43,783 bases of DNA from Bacteroidota bacterium (GCA_051746765.1 JBNJFK010000001.1:1-43783); one strand, 5' to 3'. Positions 17,008 through 27,342 are shown, numbered from the stretch's first letter. The notes: generated from the letters alone by a model not told the origin. Made by a program: numbers and translations.

Positions 17008-18508
17008 CCCCGGGATAACGCAGTCCCCCCCTGGATTCTGCCAGTGTGACGATCCGTTGATACATTTGGTATCGGTTCATGATCTCTTCGACGTAACGAA
17101 CCGTTTCGATCCCTCGTGCAAATCCATGCCGGGCATCCTGATAGTGCCTTCGCTGCATGAGCATCATGAAGGCCTCAGCCACCTCCTCCCAATTATTGGG
17201 ATTCCCGTTCCGATCAATTACGAGTCGACGTGCGTCTGCCATGTGCCCCAAACCGGCATTGTAGGTGGCCAGTGCAAAGGACCACTGGTTCAGGCTGTCC
17301 AAATACGCATAGTGGTCGAGATGATCCCGTAAGATGCGTGCACCCTCCCGTATATTGGTTTCCGGCAGGTAAAGTTCGTCTAGCTCTACATCGGAAAAGC
17401 GCGGAATAATCTGCATCAGACCGACAGCTCCTGCCCAGCTTTCAGTGGAAGGATTGAACCTGGACTCCTGAGCAATCATGGCTGTAAGCATCAACCAATC
17501 CAAATCGAGAGAATCGGCTACGCTTTGAACCAGTTCGTCATAAGGGGAGATCAGTCCGGTACTTTGGTAGAGAACACCCGGGTTGTAGTATTCAGCAAGC
17601 TGAGGACCTGTTACAAAATACCGTTTACGAAGAATGTTGAGAAGTTCCGAGCGACGAGGCCGTTCGCTGTCAGCCGTAAAACGAAAGTGCTGATAGAGGA
17701 AGCGGTTCATGCGATCCAAAAGTTCAGGCGCATTCTTACGGGTTGCCCATGCAATGGTATCGTTCTCCGCAATCACCGGCCCGGGGAGCAGTCCGTCCAG
17801 ATATCGATCGGACGCGTGAAACATGTTGTCATCAGATACGGTTGCAACGTGGGGACCTTCTGCTACCTGGAATAGCAGGGACTCGGTATCGACTCCCCCC
17901 TCGACCAGATCAATGTTCAGCTCTACACCCTGATCCTGAAGCGCTTTGAGGGTAGGGTAATAGGAGCTGTTCCTTCCAACTGTGATCGGGATTTGACGTT
18001 CGACCAACTCGTCCAGACTGGCAGGAATCTCCTCCAGCTGGTTGCTGAAGACGATCATCTGGTCCACGAGGTTGTAGGGACGGCTGAACGAAGCGATTCG
18101 GGATCGTTCTTTATTGACAGAATAGTTGGCTGCGATCAAGTCCCCCTCGCCACGATTCAGCAACTCGAACGGGTTTTGTTGGTCATCGATGATCACCACT
18201 TCCAAAGCCAGATCATGCTCCCTTGCGAAGGCCCGAACAAGTTCATATTCGAAACCGACCTCCATACCTTGGTGAAGAAAATAGGTATTGGAACTGTAGT
18301 GCGTAATCATACGAAGCACACCACTCTGCTTGATCTCCTGGAAATCCCTTTCGACAGGATCCGGAAATTCCATCATACCCTCTTGACTCTCCACTGTTTC
18401 CGTCTCTGAATCGGTGTTACTGTCACAAGAGCTCAGAAACAGGAAAAAAAGGAGCGTCAGCAGATGTACGTGCCTTCGTCCGACTTGGAGTGGGCCAGCA
18501 TGTATCAT
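16976..18508 (-). CDS. mltF: Membrane-bound lytic murein transglycosylase F-like lipoprotein (solute-binding-like domain plus SLT domain)
   Basis: Lipobox FLSSC and an N-terminal type-3 SBP-like domain. The C-terminal SLT motifs are AMIAQESRFNPSTESWAGAVGLMQI and ALATYNAG. Confidence 0.85.
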   Translation of the reverse strand: MIHAGPLQVGRRHVHLLTLLFFLFLSSCDSNTDSETETVESQEGMMEFPDPVERDFQEIKQSGVLRMITHYSSNTYFLHQGMEVGFEYELVRAFAREHDLALEVVIIDDQQNPFELLNRGEGDLIAANYSVNKERSRIASFSRPYNLVDQMIVFSNQLEEIPASLDELVERQIPITVGRNSSYYPTLKALQDQGVELNIDLVEGGVDTESLLFQVAEGPHVATVSDDNMFHASDRYLDGLLPGPVIAENDTIAWATRKNAPELLDRMNRFLYQHFRFTADSERPRRSELLNILRKRYFVTGPQLAEYYNPGVLYQSTGLISPYDELVQSVADSLDLDWLMLTAMIAQESRFNPSTESWAGAVGLMQIIPRFSDVELDELYLPETNIREGARILRDHLDHYAYLDSLNQWSFALATYNAGLGHMADARRLVIDRNGNPNNWEEVAEAFMMLMQRRHYQDARHGFARGIETVRYVEEIMNRYQMYQRIVTLAESRGGLRYPGVMGAGLLAFP

Positions 18509-18586
18509 GCACGAGGTTGTTCGTTACCATTCACCGTCAACTCTGAAACCTTTTGTCTAAACTGGTTTTAAAAGAGTATCGTTCCC

Positions 18587-18994
18587 CTAACGAATGCGGT
18601 TCATTGAATCCACCAACTCCTGATCCTTTCGAATCAAGCGGTGTGCTTGCCACAACGAGAACGCGGCTACAAGCAATAGAAGCAGAGAGAGAAGCTCTTG
18701 AATCATAAATGTCCCTATCCCACCCAATGACAAGGCGATGGCACCCCCAATCGCCACGGTCCCGGCCTGTCCGAGGCCGGCGAACCGGACCCATCGCATC
18801 TGTTTCCGGCGATCGGAGTAGAGGAAAATGGCATAAAGTGACAACACCAGGGATACGGCCAAAAATCCCAGATAGAGAATGCCGATCCATCCCTTGGGAT
18901 CCTGCATAGCTCGACCTGCAAGTGGGGTAAAGATGGACGCTCCATTCACGACAGCTGCAAGTACCAGAAATACCGTCTGTAATCTTTGAATCAA
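18587..18994 (-). CDS. Small 4-TM membrane protein, DUF4293-like
   Basis: MIQRLQTVFLVLAAVVNG... followed by four hydrophobic helices, 135 aa. The family call is from memory of Bacteroidota DUF4293 N-termini. Confidence 0.6.
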   Translation of the reverse strand: MIQRLQTVFLVLAAVVNGASIFTPLAGRAMQDPKGWIGILYLGFLAVSLVLSLYAIFLYSDRRKQMRWVRFAGLGQAGTVAIGGAIALSLGGIGTFMIQELLSLLLLLVAAFSLWQAHRLIRKDQELVDSMNRIR

Positions 18995-19039
18995 AATAAG
19001 ATCTTTTGTAGTTCTGAAACGCTCCGGAAGATACGAAAA

Positions 19040-22000
19040 TCAAACAGATTCCTGGTCTTCCGATGTTGTTTCCCCGTTTGCCAATCGAGAAAGCCGAATG
19101 GAGACCGAGTCGAATGCCGAATAGAGGACTGGTACGACAATCAATGTCAAGAAGGTGGCAAATGTGAGCCCACTGATGATTGCGATCCCCATCGGGCCCC
19201 AAAAACCGGTGCTTTCAGATCCAAATTGGATATTGGGATTCATGTTTACAAAGAGATTGACGAAATCGATGTTTATCCCGAATGTCAATGGCACCAATCC
19301 CAATATCGTCGTTAAAGCCGTCAGCAATACCGGACGAAACCGGATGGCACCCGCTTCGACAATCGCCTCTCGCTTGGACATTCCTCCATCGGTCAGCTGC
19401 TTCACGTAATCCAATAAGACAACATTATTTACACAGACAATCCCCGCCAGGGAGATGACACCGATAAAGGTCATTAACCCGAAAGGTGTACGTGTCAGGA
19501 CCAATCCAAGCAGTACCCCGGTCAAACTCAGACCGACAGCTACCATAATAATCAGCGGGGAAACAACACTGTTGAACTTGCCAAGCATCACCATAAAAAT
19601 AAGTGCAAATCCAATCAACAGAGCTGTGGAGAGAAAGCTGAAGGACTCCTCTTGGTCCTCGTTCTCGCCGGTATATTCCATCGAATATCCAAGTGGAAGA
19701 TCTTCCTGGTAGGTTTGAAGCAGTTCTTGCACCTCCATCAACACTTCAGGTCCGCTGTAACCGGGGGCTGCCTGTCCTTCGATCGTCGCCGTTCGCTGCA
19801 AATTGAGTCGTGTAATCGACCCCAGACCGGTCCCCTCCACGAAGTCGGCAACGGATACCAACGGAACCATTCCATCCATTGTCGCAAGGTTGAGGTCTCT
19901 CAAACTCTCCAAGTCCCGCCGGTCCTCTTCCCGAAGTCGCACCATGATATCATACTCATCTTCTCCGTCCCGCCAGCTGCTCGCCTCGAACCCGTTATTC
20001 GCAATCCGGATGGTCTGGGCAATGTCTGACATGTTCAATCCAAATCGACTGGCCCGTTCGTAGTCGACCCGAACCTGATACTCAGGTAAACCACCACTCA
20101 CATTGTTGCGAACGTCCACCAATCCTGGGATCTCGTTCGTAACGGAGGCCTCTGTCAACATGTCCGTTATCTCTTCTGCGATGCGGACAATTTCACCAAA
20201 ATCTTCACCCGAGATTTCAATATTGACCGGTGCACCGGTCGGAGGACCCATCTGTTCTCCATCGACATTGATAATCATGTCGGGAATATCCCGTACCACG
20301 TTCCGTATCTTGCCGAGTGTCACACTGGATGGTTCTGCACGATCTTCAAAATCGACCAGATTCAATGTAATCCGGATTCTTTCCGGACTTTGTGCCCCGC
20401 CACCGAAGAAAGGGTCCCCACTCACACCGACATTGGTCTGCACATTTTCGATTCCCGCGGCTACCATCGAATCTTCCTCCATTAGACGGTATATCCGGTC
20501 TTGTACTTCACGAGCCGTTTCATTGCTCGCGTGTATGTTGGTTCCAATGGGGCCTTCCAGTTCAACTATGATGTTGTTCGGATCCGTTTGGGGAAAGAAT
20601 TCGACCCCCGTCGGTGCCAACCCGAACAGTATGAAGATGGAGATCAAAACAGCCATGACGGAATTGAGAAGCAGTGCCCGATTGTCCGTCAGGATCAAAG
20701 GAGTCTCTTTCCTTCGAAACAGGCCGGCTCCACCCACCAAAATGACTAACAAGGGGAGGGCCAATAGTGAAATCCATACATCTCCCTCTACCGCTTGTGA
20801 CAGGGAGACCGTACCGAGAATCAATACAATCATCCCCGCCAAAATGCCACCGACGATGATGGACTGTTTTCCGCCCAAATAGATCGCCTCGGCCAAGTGG
20901 ACAAAGAGAAGAATTACACCGATCCCGCCCAGAACGGCAGCAACAGGATAGAGCAGATTCCCTGCTGGAGAGAAGGAGCCAACCATCAATCCTGCCAGAC
21001 CTGTCAGCGCAGCCAGTGAAAGAGCTCCAAGTGCCGCCGTGTTCCGTAAAAGAGCGTATCGTGCACGATAATCACGCTGAAGCATCCAGTTCAAAAAAGA
21101 GCGATATCCTTCGATGATCTTTGGAAGAGATTGATGCGTAAACCGATGGGAAAGCGGCTTGATCACAAAATAATACCCGGCTGTAAAAAAGAGAACCGTC
21201 AACAGTGAAACGACGAGTGTCGTCACATTGGCCATTCCTACGGCAAGCAGAGCAAACAGAAGCAAAACACCGGATGTCACCATCACAAACCGGGAAGTCG
21301 GATTCCGTGGTTCGTCTTCCAGACGAACCAGATATGCCGTCAAGACTGGATAGATGACCAGGGCTACGAAAAGGGAACAGAGTAGAACAATAATGAGCGT
21401 CATGGGGAGATAACTCATTACCTGACCGATGATACCGGGCCAAAAAACCATCGGGACAAAGGCCGCCAACAGTGTTGCGGTTGCAGCGATCAGGGCATAT
21501 CCGACCTCATTCGTTCCCAAACGCGCAGACTCGAACCGGGAGTGACCCAACTCACGAAATCGATAGATATTCTCGACTACCACAACAGAGTTGTCGACCA
21601 AAAGCCCCAACGCAATAATCAAGCTGAAGAGTATAATGAAGTTCACCGACTGCCCCATGGCATGCAGGACAATAAATCCGACCAAAATCGAAAGAGGAAC
21701 TGCCGTCCCGACCAACAACGCATTCCGTATGCCGAGAAAGAAGACGAGAACAAGGATTACAAAAAGCATTCCGCTAATAATGCTGTTCTCCAGATCAGAA
21801 ATCATCGTCAGCACCTGATCACTCTGATCGCCGGTCACAAGTACCCGGGTTCCCGGAGGCATCGGGCGGTCCTCCAGAATCGACTTCACCTCGTTGGCTG
21901 TATCCAGAATGTTGACACCCGGTGACTTCTTTACATTAAGGCTGATCACCTGTGCATCCCTGATTTCGGACGGATCCATCGGAACCGGCTCCCCCTCCTC

Positions 22001-22852
22001 ATCCACCTGGTATGCACGAAGTCGTGCAAAGCTGTCCCGATCCTTGAATCCGAAGACTACTTCGGCCACATCCCTCATGTAGACCAAGCCGGTACTGCTC
22101 GACTCTTCGTTCATGTTTCGAGCCACGACCAGCTCCTCAATCTCTTCCGGTCGTTCGAATTCACCACTCACCCGGATCAGGTAGCTCATCCGGTCCACAT
22201 CCATCGTCCCGCCCGGTATGGTCAGGTTTTGTCCCTGGATGGCCCCGACAAGTTGACCCAGCGAGAGACCGTACCCGTTTAGTGCCGCAAGATCGGCCTG
22301 TACCTGAACCTCGCGATCCAGTTGACCGACCATTTCCACCTCCCGTATACCGGAAAAGGCTTCGAGTTCTTCTTGAAGGTCCTCTGAAAGCTCCGTCAGT
22401 CGGGAGATCGGATAGTCTGCCGAAAGATTGACCGTCATAATCGGAATATCATCCAGATCGATCTCAACGATCATCGGCTCTTCTGCATCCGGCGGGAGTT
22501 CGGCACGGGCGAGATCGACACGTTCACGCACTTTCTGACTCGCCTCGGAGATTTCCACGTCCAGATTGAACTCCACAATTACACTGCTGAAGCTCTCTGT
22601 GGTCGTCGACCGGATATCCTTGACTCCAGTAATCCCCTGTAGTTCACGTTCGATCGGTTGGGTTACCAGAGACTCCATGTCGACCGGGCTAATCCCCGGA
22701 TAGACTGTATTGATCACAAAGATCGGAATGGCGACAGACGGATTGGACTCCTTGGGAATGGCTTGATAACTAAAAGATCCGGCCACCACCAACAGCGCTG
22801 TCAATACGATGATGACGGTTCGATTTTTCAGTGTCAGATCAATCAGTTTCAT
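19040..22852 (-). CDS. RND efflux permease (AcrB/HAE-like), unusually long at 1270 aa, with an extra hydrophobic block
   Basis: N-terminal TM1 plus porter-domain pattern, and TM4 ALGLLVDNSVVVVENI. The C-terminal half is typical of the ACR_tran family. Residues about 515-722 add six hydrophobic segments between TM6 and TM7. Confidence 0.9.
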   Translation of the reverse strand: MKLIDLTLKNRTVIIVLTALLVVAGSFSYQAIPKESNPSVAIPIFVINTVYPGISPVDMESLVTQPIERELQGITGVKDIRSTTTESFSSVIVEFNLDVEISEASQKVRERVDLARAELPPDAEEPMIVEIDLDDIPIMTVNLSADYPISRLTELSEDLQEELEAFSGIREVEMVGQLDREVQVQADLAALNGYGLSLGQLVGAIQGQNLTIPGGTMDVDRMSYLIRVSGEFERPEEIEELVVARNMNEESSSTGLVYMRDVAEVVFGFKDRDSFARLRAYQVDEEGEPVPMDPSEIRDAQVISLNVKKSPGVNILDTANEVKSILEDRPMPPGTRVLVTGDQSDQVLTMISDLENSIISGMLFVILVLVFFLGIRNALLVGTAVPLSILVGFIVLHAMGQSVNFIILFSLIIALGLLVDNSVVVVENIYRFRELGHSRFESARLGTNEVGYALIAATATLLAAFVPMVFWPGIIGQVMSYLPMTLIIVLLCSLFVALVIYPVLTAYLVRLEDEPRNPTSRFVMVTSGVLLLFALLAVGMANVTTLVVSLLTVLFFTAGYYFVIKPLSHRFTHQSLPKIIEGYRSFLNWMLQRDYRARYALLRNTAALGALSLAALTGLAGLMVGSFSPAGNLLYPVAAVLGGIGVILLFVHLAEAIYLGGKQSIIVGGILAGMIVLILGTVSLSQAVEGDVWISLLALPLLVILVGGAGLFRRKETPLILTDNRALLLNSVMAVLISIFILFGLAPTGVEFFPQTDPNNIIVELEGPIGTNIHASNETAREVQDRIYRLMEEDSMVAAGIENVQTNVGVSGDPFFGGGAQSPERIRITLNLVDFEDRAEPSSVTLGKIRNVVRDIPDMIINVDGEQMGPPTGAPVNIEISGEDFGEIVRIAEEITDMLTEASVTNEIPGLVDVRNNVSGGLPEYQVRVDYERASRFGLNMSDIAQTIRIANNGFEASSWRDGEDEYDIMVRLREEDRRDLESLRDLNLATMDGMVPLVSVADFVEGTGLGSITRLNLQRTATIEGQAAPGYSGPEVLMEVQELLQTYQEDLPLGYSMEYTGENEDQEESFSFLSTALLIGFALIFMVMLGKFNSVVSPLIIMVAVGLSLTGVLLGLVLTRTPFGLMTFIGVISLAGIVCVNNVVLLDYVKQLTDGGMSKREAIVEAGAIRFRPVLLTALTTILGLVPLTFGINIDFVNLFVNMNPNIQFGSESTGFWGPMGIAIISGLTFATFLTLIVVPVLYSAFDSVSIRLSRLANGETTSEDQESV

Positions 22853-23939
22853 ACTGCGCCTCTTCTATCCAGGTGGACGCTTCATGACGTCCGACAATCT
22901 GCAGACGATCTCCGGTACTCAGAGTACTGAGTCCGGAAATTACCACCTCATCCCCTCGCTCCAACCCCGATGAAATCTGAATGAGTGAGCCGGATGAAAC
23001 ACCCGTGTGTACTTCTCTCAACTCTGCGATTCGGTTCTCGTCATCGGATCCCGCCACAAAGAGATAAATCGCCTCCTCGTCCCGGATCAGAGACGTTCGC
23101 GGGACCATGATCGCCTCGCCCAACGTTGTTCTCCGAATTCGAAGATCGACCACCATCTCCGGTTTCACCTGGCCCTCCATGGACGAGAGTTGAACTTCGA
23201 TCGGAAAGGTTCGCGTTCCCGGATCGATCAAATCACCGGCAAACGTCACCTCCGAAGTGATCGGCTGCGTTCCGAGTGCTCGTAGTACCAGTTCTGCAGG
23301 AGCACCTTCCGTGATTTGACCACTGTACCGTTCGGGAACCCCGGCCGCAACATGAAGGCGATCTGTATTAACCAATCGAACAACAGGGGCTCCGGGAGCC
23401 GTTAATTCACCCGTTTGAACAAACCTCTCCTCGATGCGCCCTGAAAACGGAGCTTTGATCTCGGTATCCTGCAGCTGCTTTTCGGCCTGTTGCATACTGG
23501 CACGTGCTTGATCCCGTTGGGCGCGGGCGCTCAAATAATCCTGTGTACTGATGATCTCGTCATCATACAGACGTTCCAATCGTCGAAACGTATCTTCCGC
23601 AAGTTCATAGCCTGTTTCTGCTGCTTCGAATTGCGCCTGGCTCAACCGGCTGTCCATGACTGCAATCACATCTCCCTGCCGAACCCGATCACCCCGATCG
23701 GCGATGGATTGAATACGGCCTGAATTCTCTGCAGATATGGTCGCATCTTCGATTGCCTCCACCACGCCACTTAGTCGTACGTGATCGTCAAACGGCAACC
23801 GGTCGACCACCAATGTCTCCACGGCTACGGTACGTACCTGTTCACTCTCCTCACTCTGTTCCTCTTCTCCGCAGGACACCAAAAGAAGCATCAGGGCAAG
23901 AGCCACAATCTGTTTCGAGAATATCGTTTTCGTTCTCAT
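22839..23939 (-). CDS. RND efflux periplasmic adaptor (membrane fusion protein, HlyD family) lipoprotein
   Basis: Lipobox LLLVSC and a lipoyl-like/hairpin/beta-barrel pattern (SGVVEAI...GDRVRQGDVIAVMD...coiled hairpin...APFSGRIE). It overlaps the RND start by 14 nt. Confidence 0.9.
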   Translation of the reverse strand: MRTKTIFSKQIVALALMLLLVSCGEEEQSEESEQVRTVAVETLVVDRLPFDDHVRLSGVVEAIEDATISAENSGRIQSIADRGDRVRQGDVIAVMDSRLSQAQFEAAETGYELAEDTFRRLERLYDDEIISTQDYLSARAQRDQARASMQQAEKQLQDTEIKAPFSGRIEERFVQTGELTAPGAPVVRLVNTDRLHVAAGVPERYSGQITEGAPAELVLRALGTQPITSEVTFAGDLIDPGTRTFPIEVQLSSMEGQVKPEMVVDLRIRRTTLGEAIMVPRTSLIRDEEAIYLFVAGSDDENRIAELREVHTGVSSGSLIQISSGLERGDEVVISGLSTLSTGDRLQIVGRHEASTWIEEAQYETD

Positions 23940-23951
23940 ATTCGCGCTCTG

Positions 23952-25589
23952 TTAGTAAGTAAGTACCGGTTGGCCGGTGATTCGATCATATCGGCTACGG
24001 GCGACCAGTAAATCGTGAACCGCCGACAACCAGGCAAGCTGGCTCTGATCCAGAAGGGATGACGCCTGCCGTTCTTCTAAAGCCGTACCGACCCCTTCCG
24101 TCAGACGTCGGCTTGCTTGTTCGTAATTGAGATTGGCGCGCTCCAAATTTCGCTCCTGGCTTCGGATCCGCTGTCGAGCCGTTTCCATCTCCCGGCGTAC
24201 CTGATCAATCTCCAGTTGGATCCCGTTCCTCAACTGTTCCCGATCGATTCGGGCCTGTTTGATCTCGATACTCCGTTGTTGCATTCGAGATCGTCGTTGA
24301 AACCCGTCAAAGAGGCTCCACTGTAATTGAACCCCGACTGCCAGCGCTGAATCCCAATAAGAGTCATCAAAAAATCCACGCGTTTCAGTCCGATACGTGA
24401 AGGGGGTATCCGGATCACTCCATACATTCTCTCTGTTCGTCGGAACCTGACCGATGTACGCAGTATTGAGAAACGCCTGTACTGTTGGAAAATACCGGGA
24501 TTTCTCCATCTTTTTCTGAATGCCCAACAGCTCGATATAACCATCGATCTGCTGTAGATCCGGGCGTCGATTCAGTGCCAGTTCCAAATCGTATCCCGGT
24601 TCCTGCAACGTTTCGACGGTGGTATCATCCACTTCAAGTGTACCACGTAACGTCAACTCCGTTTCCACAGGAATGCCGATTGTCAACCCAAGTTGAAGAA
24701 CAGCCAGTTCTGCCCTGTTTTCTGCAGAAATCAACTCCGTCTCCAAATTGACAAGCTCCACTTCGGCGCTCAAATTCTCATAGTTGGACAAAATACCCGC
24801 CTCTACAGAAGCTTTGGTATCCTGAACGGTCTCCTTTAATCGATCGACGCTGGCACGAAGAACGTCTGCCTGCTCACGTGCAAGAAGTGCACCATAGAAC
24901 ATCTGTCGGATTTGATCGGCTACAGACTGCTGTTGGGCCGCAAATTCGTCCCGATTCATCTCTTTGAGCTGCTCGGCTCCCCGAATGGCCGCAAATGCCG
25001 CTCCGTTAAATAGTGTTTGCGTCACACTCAACCCGAAGTTGAACTGATTGTCGATGGCAAACGGATTGTCACTACTGGCCGGCGTAACCCCCGCATCCTG
25101 CATCCCTTGCTGTTGGCGATCCATGAACTCTTCAAAGGTGAGGGGCGTTGTGGATCCGTCCCCATCGGTTCGGGCAGATTCGTTGTAATTGAGCCATTCC
25201 ATTGCACCGAACAGATCAAACAATCCACCGGCATCGGATCCGGCAAACGGGTTGGGTGATTTCAAATTCCGGGTATACGAACCATTTGCACTCACTTGCG
25301 GGTAGACGGTGCCCCATGCCTGACGGATCTGCTCGTCTGCCAATTCCAGATTCAGCATCCCCTTCTCGAGAAGATAGTTGTGGACCAATGCCAACTCGAC
25401 CGCCTCATCCAACGTCAATGTCAGAGAGTCGGGAAGGGTTCGATCCATCTGATCCGGGGCCTGTGCCTGCAGAGGTGTGATGAACATCCCAACCATCAGA
25501 AACAGCTGACCAACTCCAATTCGCAACCAGTGACGCAAACTCTGCGCTCCTGTTCTTTTCATTCGTTTTCTTTTCCGAATCTTGTTCAT
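23952..25589 (-). CDS. TolC-family outer membrane efflux protein
   Basis: Signal peptide ending LQAQA and the twofold OEP repeat pattern with long helical heptads. Start ATG at 25589 (alternative ATG at 25562; the track start at 25619 is TTG). It is first in a tolC-MFP-RND gene order. Confidence 0.85.
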   Translation of the reverse strand: MNKIRKRKRMKRTGAQSLRHWLRIGVGQLFLMVGMFITPLQAQAPDQMDRTLPDSLTLTLDEAVELALVHNYLLEKGMLNLELADEQIRQAWGTVYPQVSANGSYTRNLKSPNPFAGSDAGGLFDLFGAMEWLNYNESARTDGDGSTTPLTFEEFMDRQQQGMQDAGVTPASSDNPFAIDNQFNFGLSVTQTLFNGAAFAAIRGAEQLKEMNRDEFAAQQQSVADQIRQMFYGALLAREQADVLRASVDRLKETVQDTKASVEAGILSNYENLSAEVELVNLETELISAENRAELAVLQLGLTIGIPVETELTLRGTLEVDDTTVETLQEPGYDLELALNRRPDLQQIDGYIELLGIQKKMEKSRYFPTVQAFLNTAYIGQVPTNRENVWSDPDTPFTYRTETRGFFDDSYWDSALAVGVQLQWSLFDGFQRRSRMQQRSIEIKQARIDREQLRNGIQLEIDQVRREMETARQRIRSQERNLERANLNYEQASRRLTEGVGTALEERQASSLLDQSQLAWLSAVHDLLVARSRYDRITGQPVLTY

Positions 25590-25627
25590 AATGATCGGGG
25601 CCACATACGCAGTAGCCAACCGGTTCG

Positions 25628-26569
25628 CTACATTCGTGTTCCGCCGCTAAGTAAATAGAGAACCGCCATTCGCACGGCTACCCCGTTGGTCACCTGATTC
25701 AATATAACCGAGCGGGAACTGTCGGCGACCAGGCTATCCAATTCCACCCCTCGATTGACCGGGCCCGGATGCATGACGATAAAATCGGGATATCGTTCCA
25801 GATGCTCCATCCGAATACCGAATGTCTGATGATATTCACGCAGTGAAGGGAAGAGGCTCGTTCTGTCGTTCTGCCGCTCCAACTGGATGCGCAACGCCAT
25901 GGCAATGTCACACCACTCAAGAGTCTCTTCCAGATTGTGAGAGACCTGAACACCAAGACTTTGTACATAGAGAGGCATCATGGACCGTGGCCCGCAAACG
26001 GTCACCTCCGCGCCCATCTTGGAGAGCCCGATCAGATTGGAGCGTACAACACGACTGTGGGCAATATCTCCGATGATCGCAATCTTCCGGCCTTTGAGAG
26101 AAGGTGTAATTTGCTGCATGGTAAAAAGATCGAGAAGTGCCTGAGTCGGATGTTCATGTGCCCCGTCTCCTGCATTGATAATCGCTGCATCTACCTGTTT
26201 TGTCAGAAAATCCGGAACCCCGGGGCTTTCGTGACGAACCACCACCATATCGATCTTCATGGAGCTGATGTTTCGGATCGTATCCTTCAGCGACTCTCCC
26301 TTACTGGTGCTGGAGTTGGATGCTGAAAAGTTGACGACATCGGCTCCCATTCGCTTCTGAGCAAGTTCGAAGGAGAGACGGGTTCGTGTACTATTCTCGT
26401 AGAAAAGATTGACGATGGTTTTGTCTCTCAGTGTGGGAACCTTGGGTACCGGACGGTCCAGGATCTCCCGAAACGACTGCGCCTGCTCCAACAAATACGA
26501 AATGTCTTCTCTCGACCAGTGCCTAAGGCCCAGAAGATGTTTCTGTTGAAACGAATAACCTTCGCTCAT
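25628..26569 (-). CDS. pyrB: Aspartate carbamoyltransferase catalytic subunit
   Basis: Internal ATG at 26569 (MSEGYSFQQKHLLGL). Motifs are FYENSTRTRLSFELA, HPTQALLD and MHPGPVNRGVE. Confidence 0.92.
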   Translation of the reverse strand: MSEGYSFQQKHLLGLRHWSREDISYLLEQAQSFREILDRPVPKVPTLRDKTIVNLFYENSTRTRLSFELAQKRMGADVVNFSASNSSTSKGESLKDTIRNISSMKIDMVVVRHESPGVPDFLTKQVDAAIINAGDGAHEHPTQALLDLFTMQQITPSLKGRKIAIIGDIAHSRVVRSNLIGLSKMGAEVTVCGPRSMMPLYVQSLGVQVSHNLEETLEWCDIAMALRIQLERQNDRTSLFPSLREYHQTFGIRMEHLERYPDFIVMHPGPVNRGVELDSLVADSSRSVILNQVTNGVAVRMAVLYLLSGGTRM

Positions 26570-26582
26570 CGACTCGTTGTTT

Positions 26583-27146
26583 TTACTCACGCTTGTCTCC
26601 CGAATTACCGTCGACCAGATAGACGGCATCCTCTCCATCGAGCTCCCTGACCTTGACACGCACCTCTTCACTTTGGTGTGTCGGGATGGATAGTCCGATA
26701 TAGTCTGCTCGAATCGGAAGCTCCCGGTGACCCCGGTCGATCATGCAGCAGAACCGAATCGATCGAGGACGTCCATACGACATCAAAGCGTCCATTGCTG
26801 CACGAACGGTTCGACCCGTGTAGAGCACATCGTCTACCAGAACGACGTCCCGGTCATACAGATCGAAAGGAATTTCGGTCACCTGAACCGCCGGCATCTT
26901 CAACTTGGATCGAAAGTCGTCCCGAAAGAAGGTGACATCGAGCGTCCCGAAATCGGGGCGCACGCCGTGCAGCTCTTCCATGACACGTGCGATTCGCTTG
27001 CCCATATAGACTCCCCGTGTCTGCATCCCGACAATGGCGGGTGCCGAAGGGTCTTCGAATGGCTCAACGATCTGCCAGGCAAACCTTCTGTAGGTACGCG
27101 TCAGGTCATTGGCAGACATAATTTCGGCACTCTTCAATCGCGTCAT
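26583..27146 (-). CDS. pyrR: Bifunctional pyrimidine operon regulator / uracil phosphoribosyltransferase PyrR
   Basis: PRPP-binding loop VVLVDDVLYTGRTVRAA and the PyrR-type C-terminal region RGHRELPIRADYIG. ATG at 27146 is preceded by GGAG (alternative ATG at 27182). It lies 13 nt upstream of pyrB. Confidence 0.88.
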   Translation of the reverse strand: MTRLKSAEIMSANDLTRTYRRFAWQIVEPFEDPSAPAIVGMQTRGVYMGKRIARVMEELHGVRPDFGTLDVTFFRDDFRSKLKMPAVQVTEIPFDLYDRDVVLVDDVLYTGRTVRAAMDALMSYGRPRSIRFCCMIDRGHRELPIRADYIGLSIPTHQSEEVRVKVRELDGEDAVYLVDGNSGDKRE

Positions 27147-27342
27147 CCCGCTCCGTCTCCGATTCCGGACAAAATTACTCATAACTCACTTTCGACACAA
27201 AACGACCCGTTGAGTCGAATCCTGCAAGGAGAAGCATACAGAGGCTGTTTAACTGAGTTGGCTTTCTTTTAGAGCCGTATATCCCTATTATTGAGCGCAT
27301 TTTTACCCCATTGAATGGATCACCGATCAAAGCGTAACCGTT

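Noticed and set aside
27238-27247. ACAGAGGCTG, a partial resemblance to the PyrR-binding loop (ARUCCAGAGAGGYU), upstream of pyrR
   Set aside because: It is on the plus strand (the sucC direction), not in the minus-strand pyrR leader, and it lacks the UCCAGAG core. I found no convincing anti-terminator/terminator pair in the pyrR leader.
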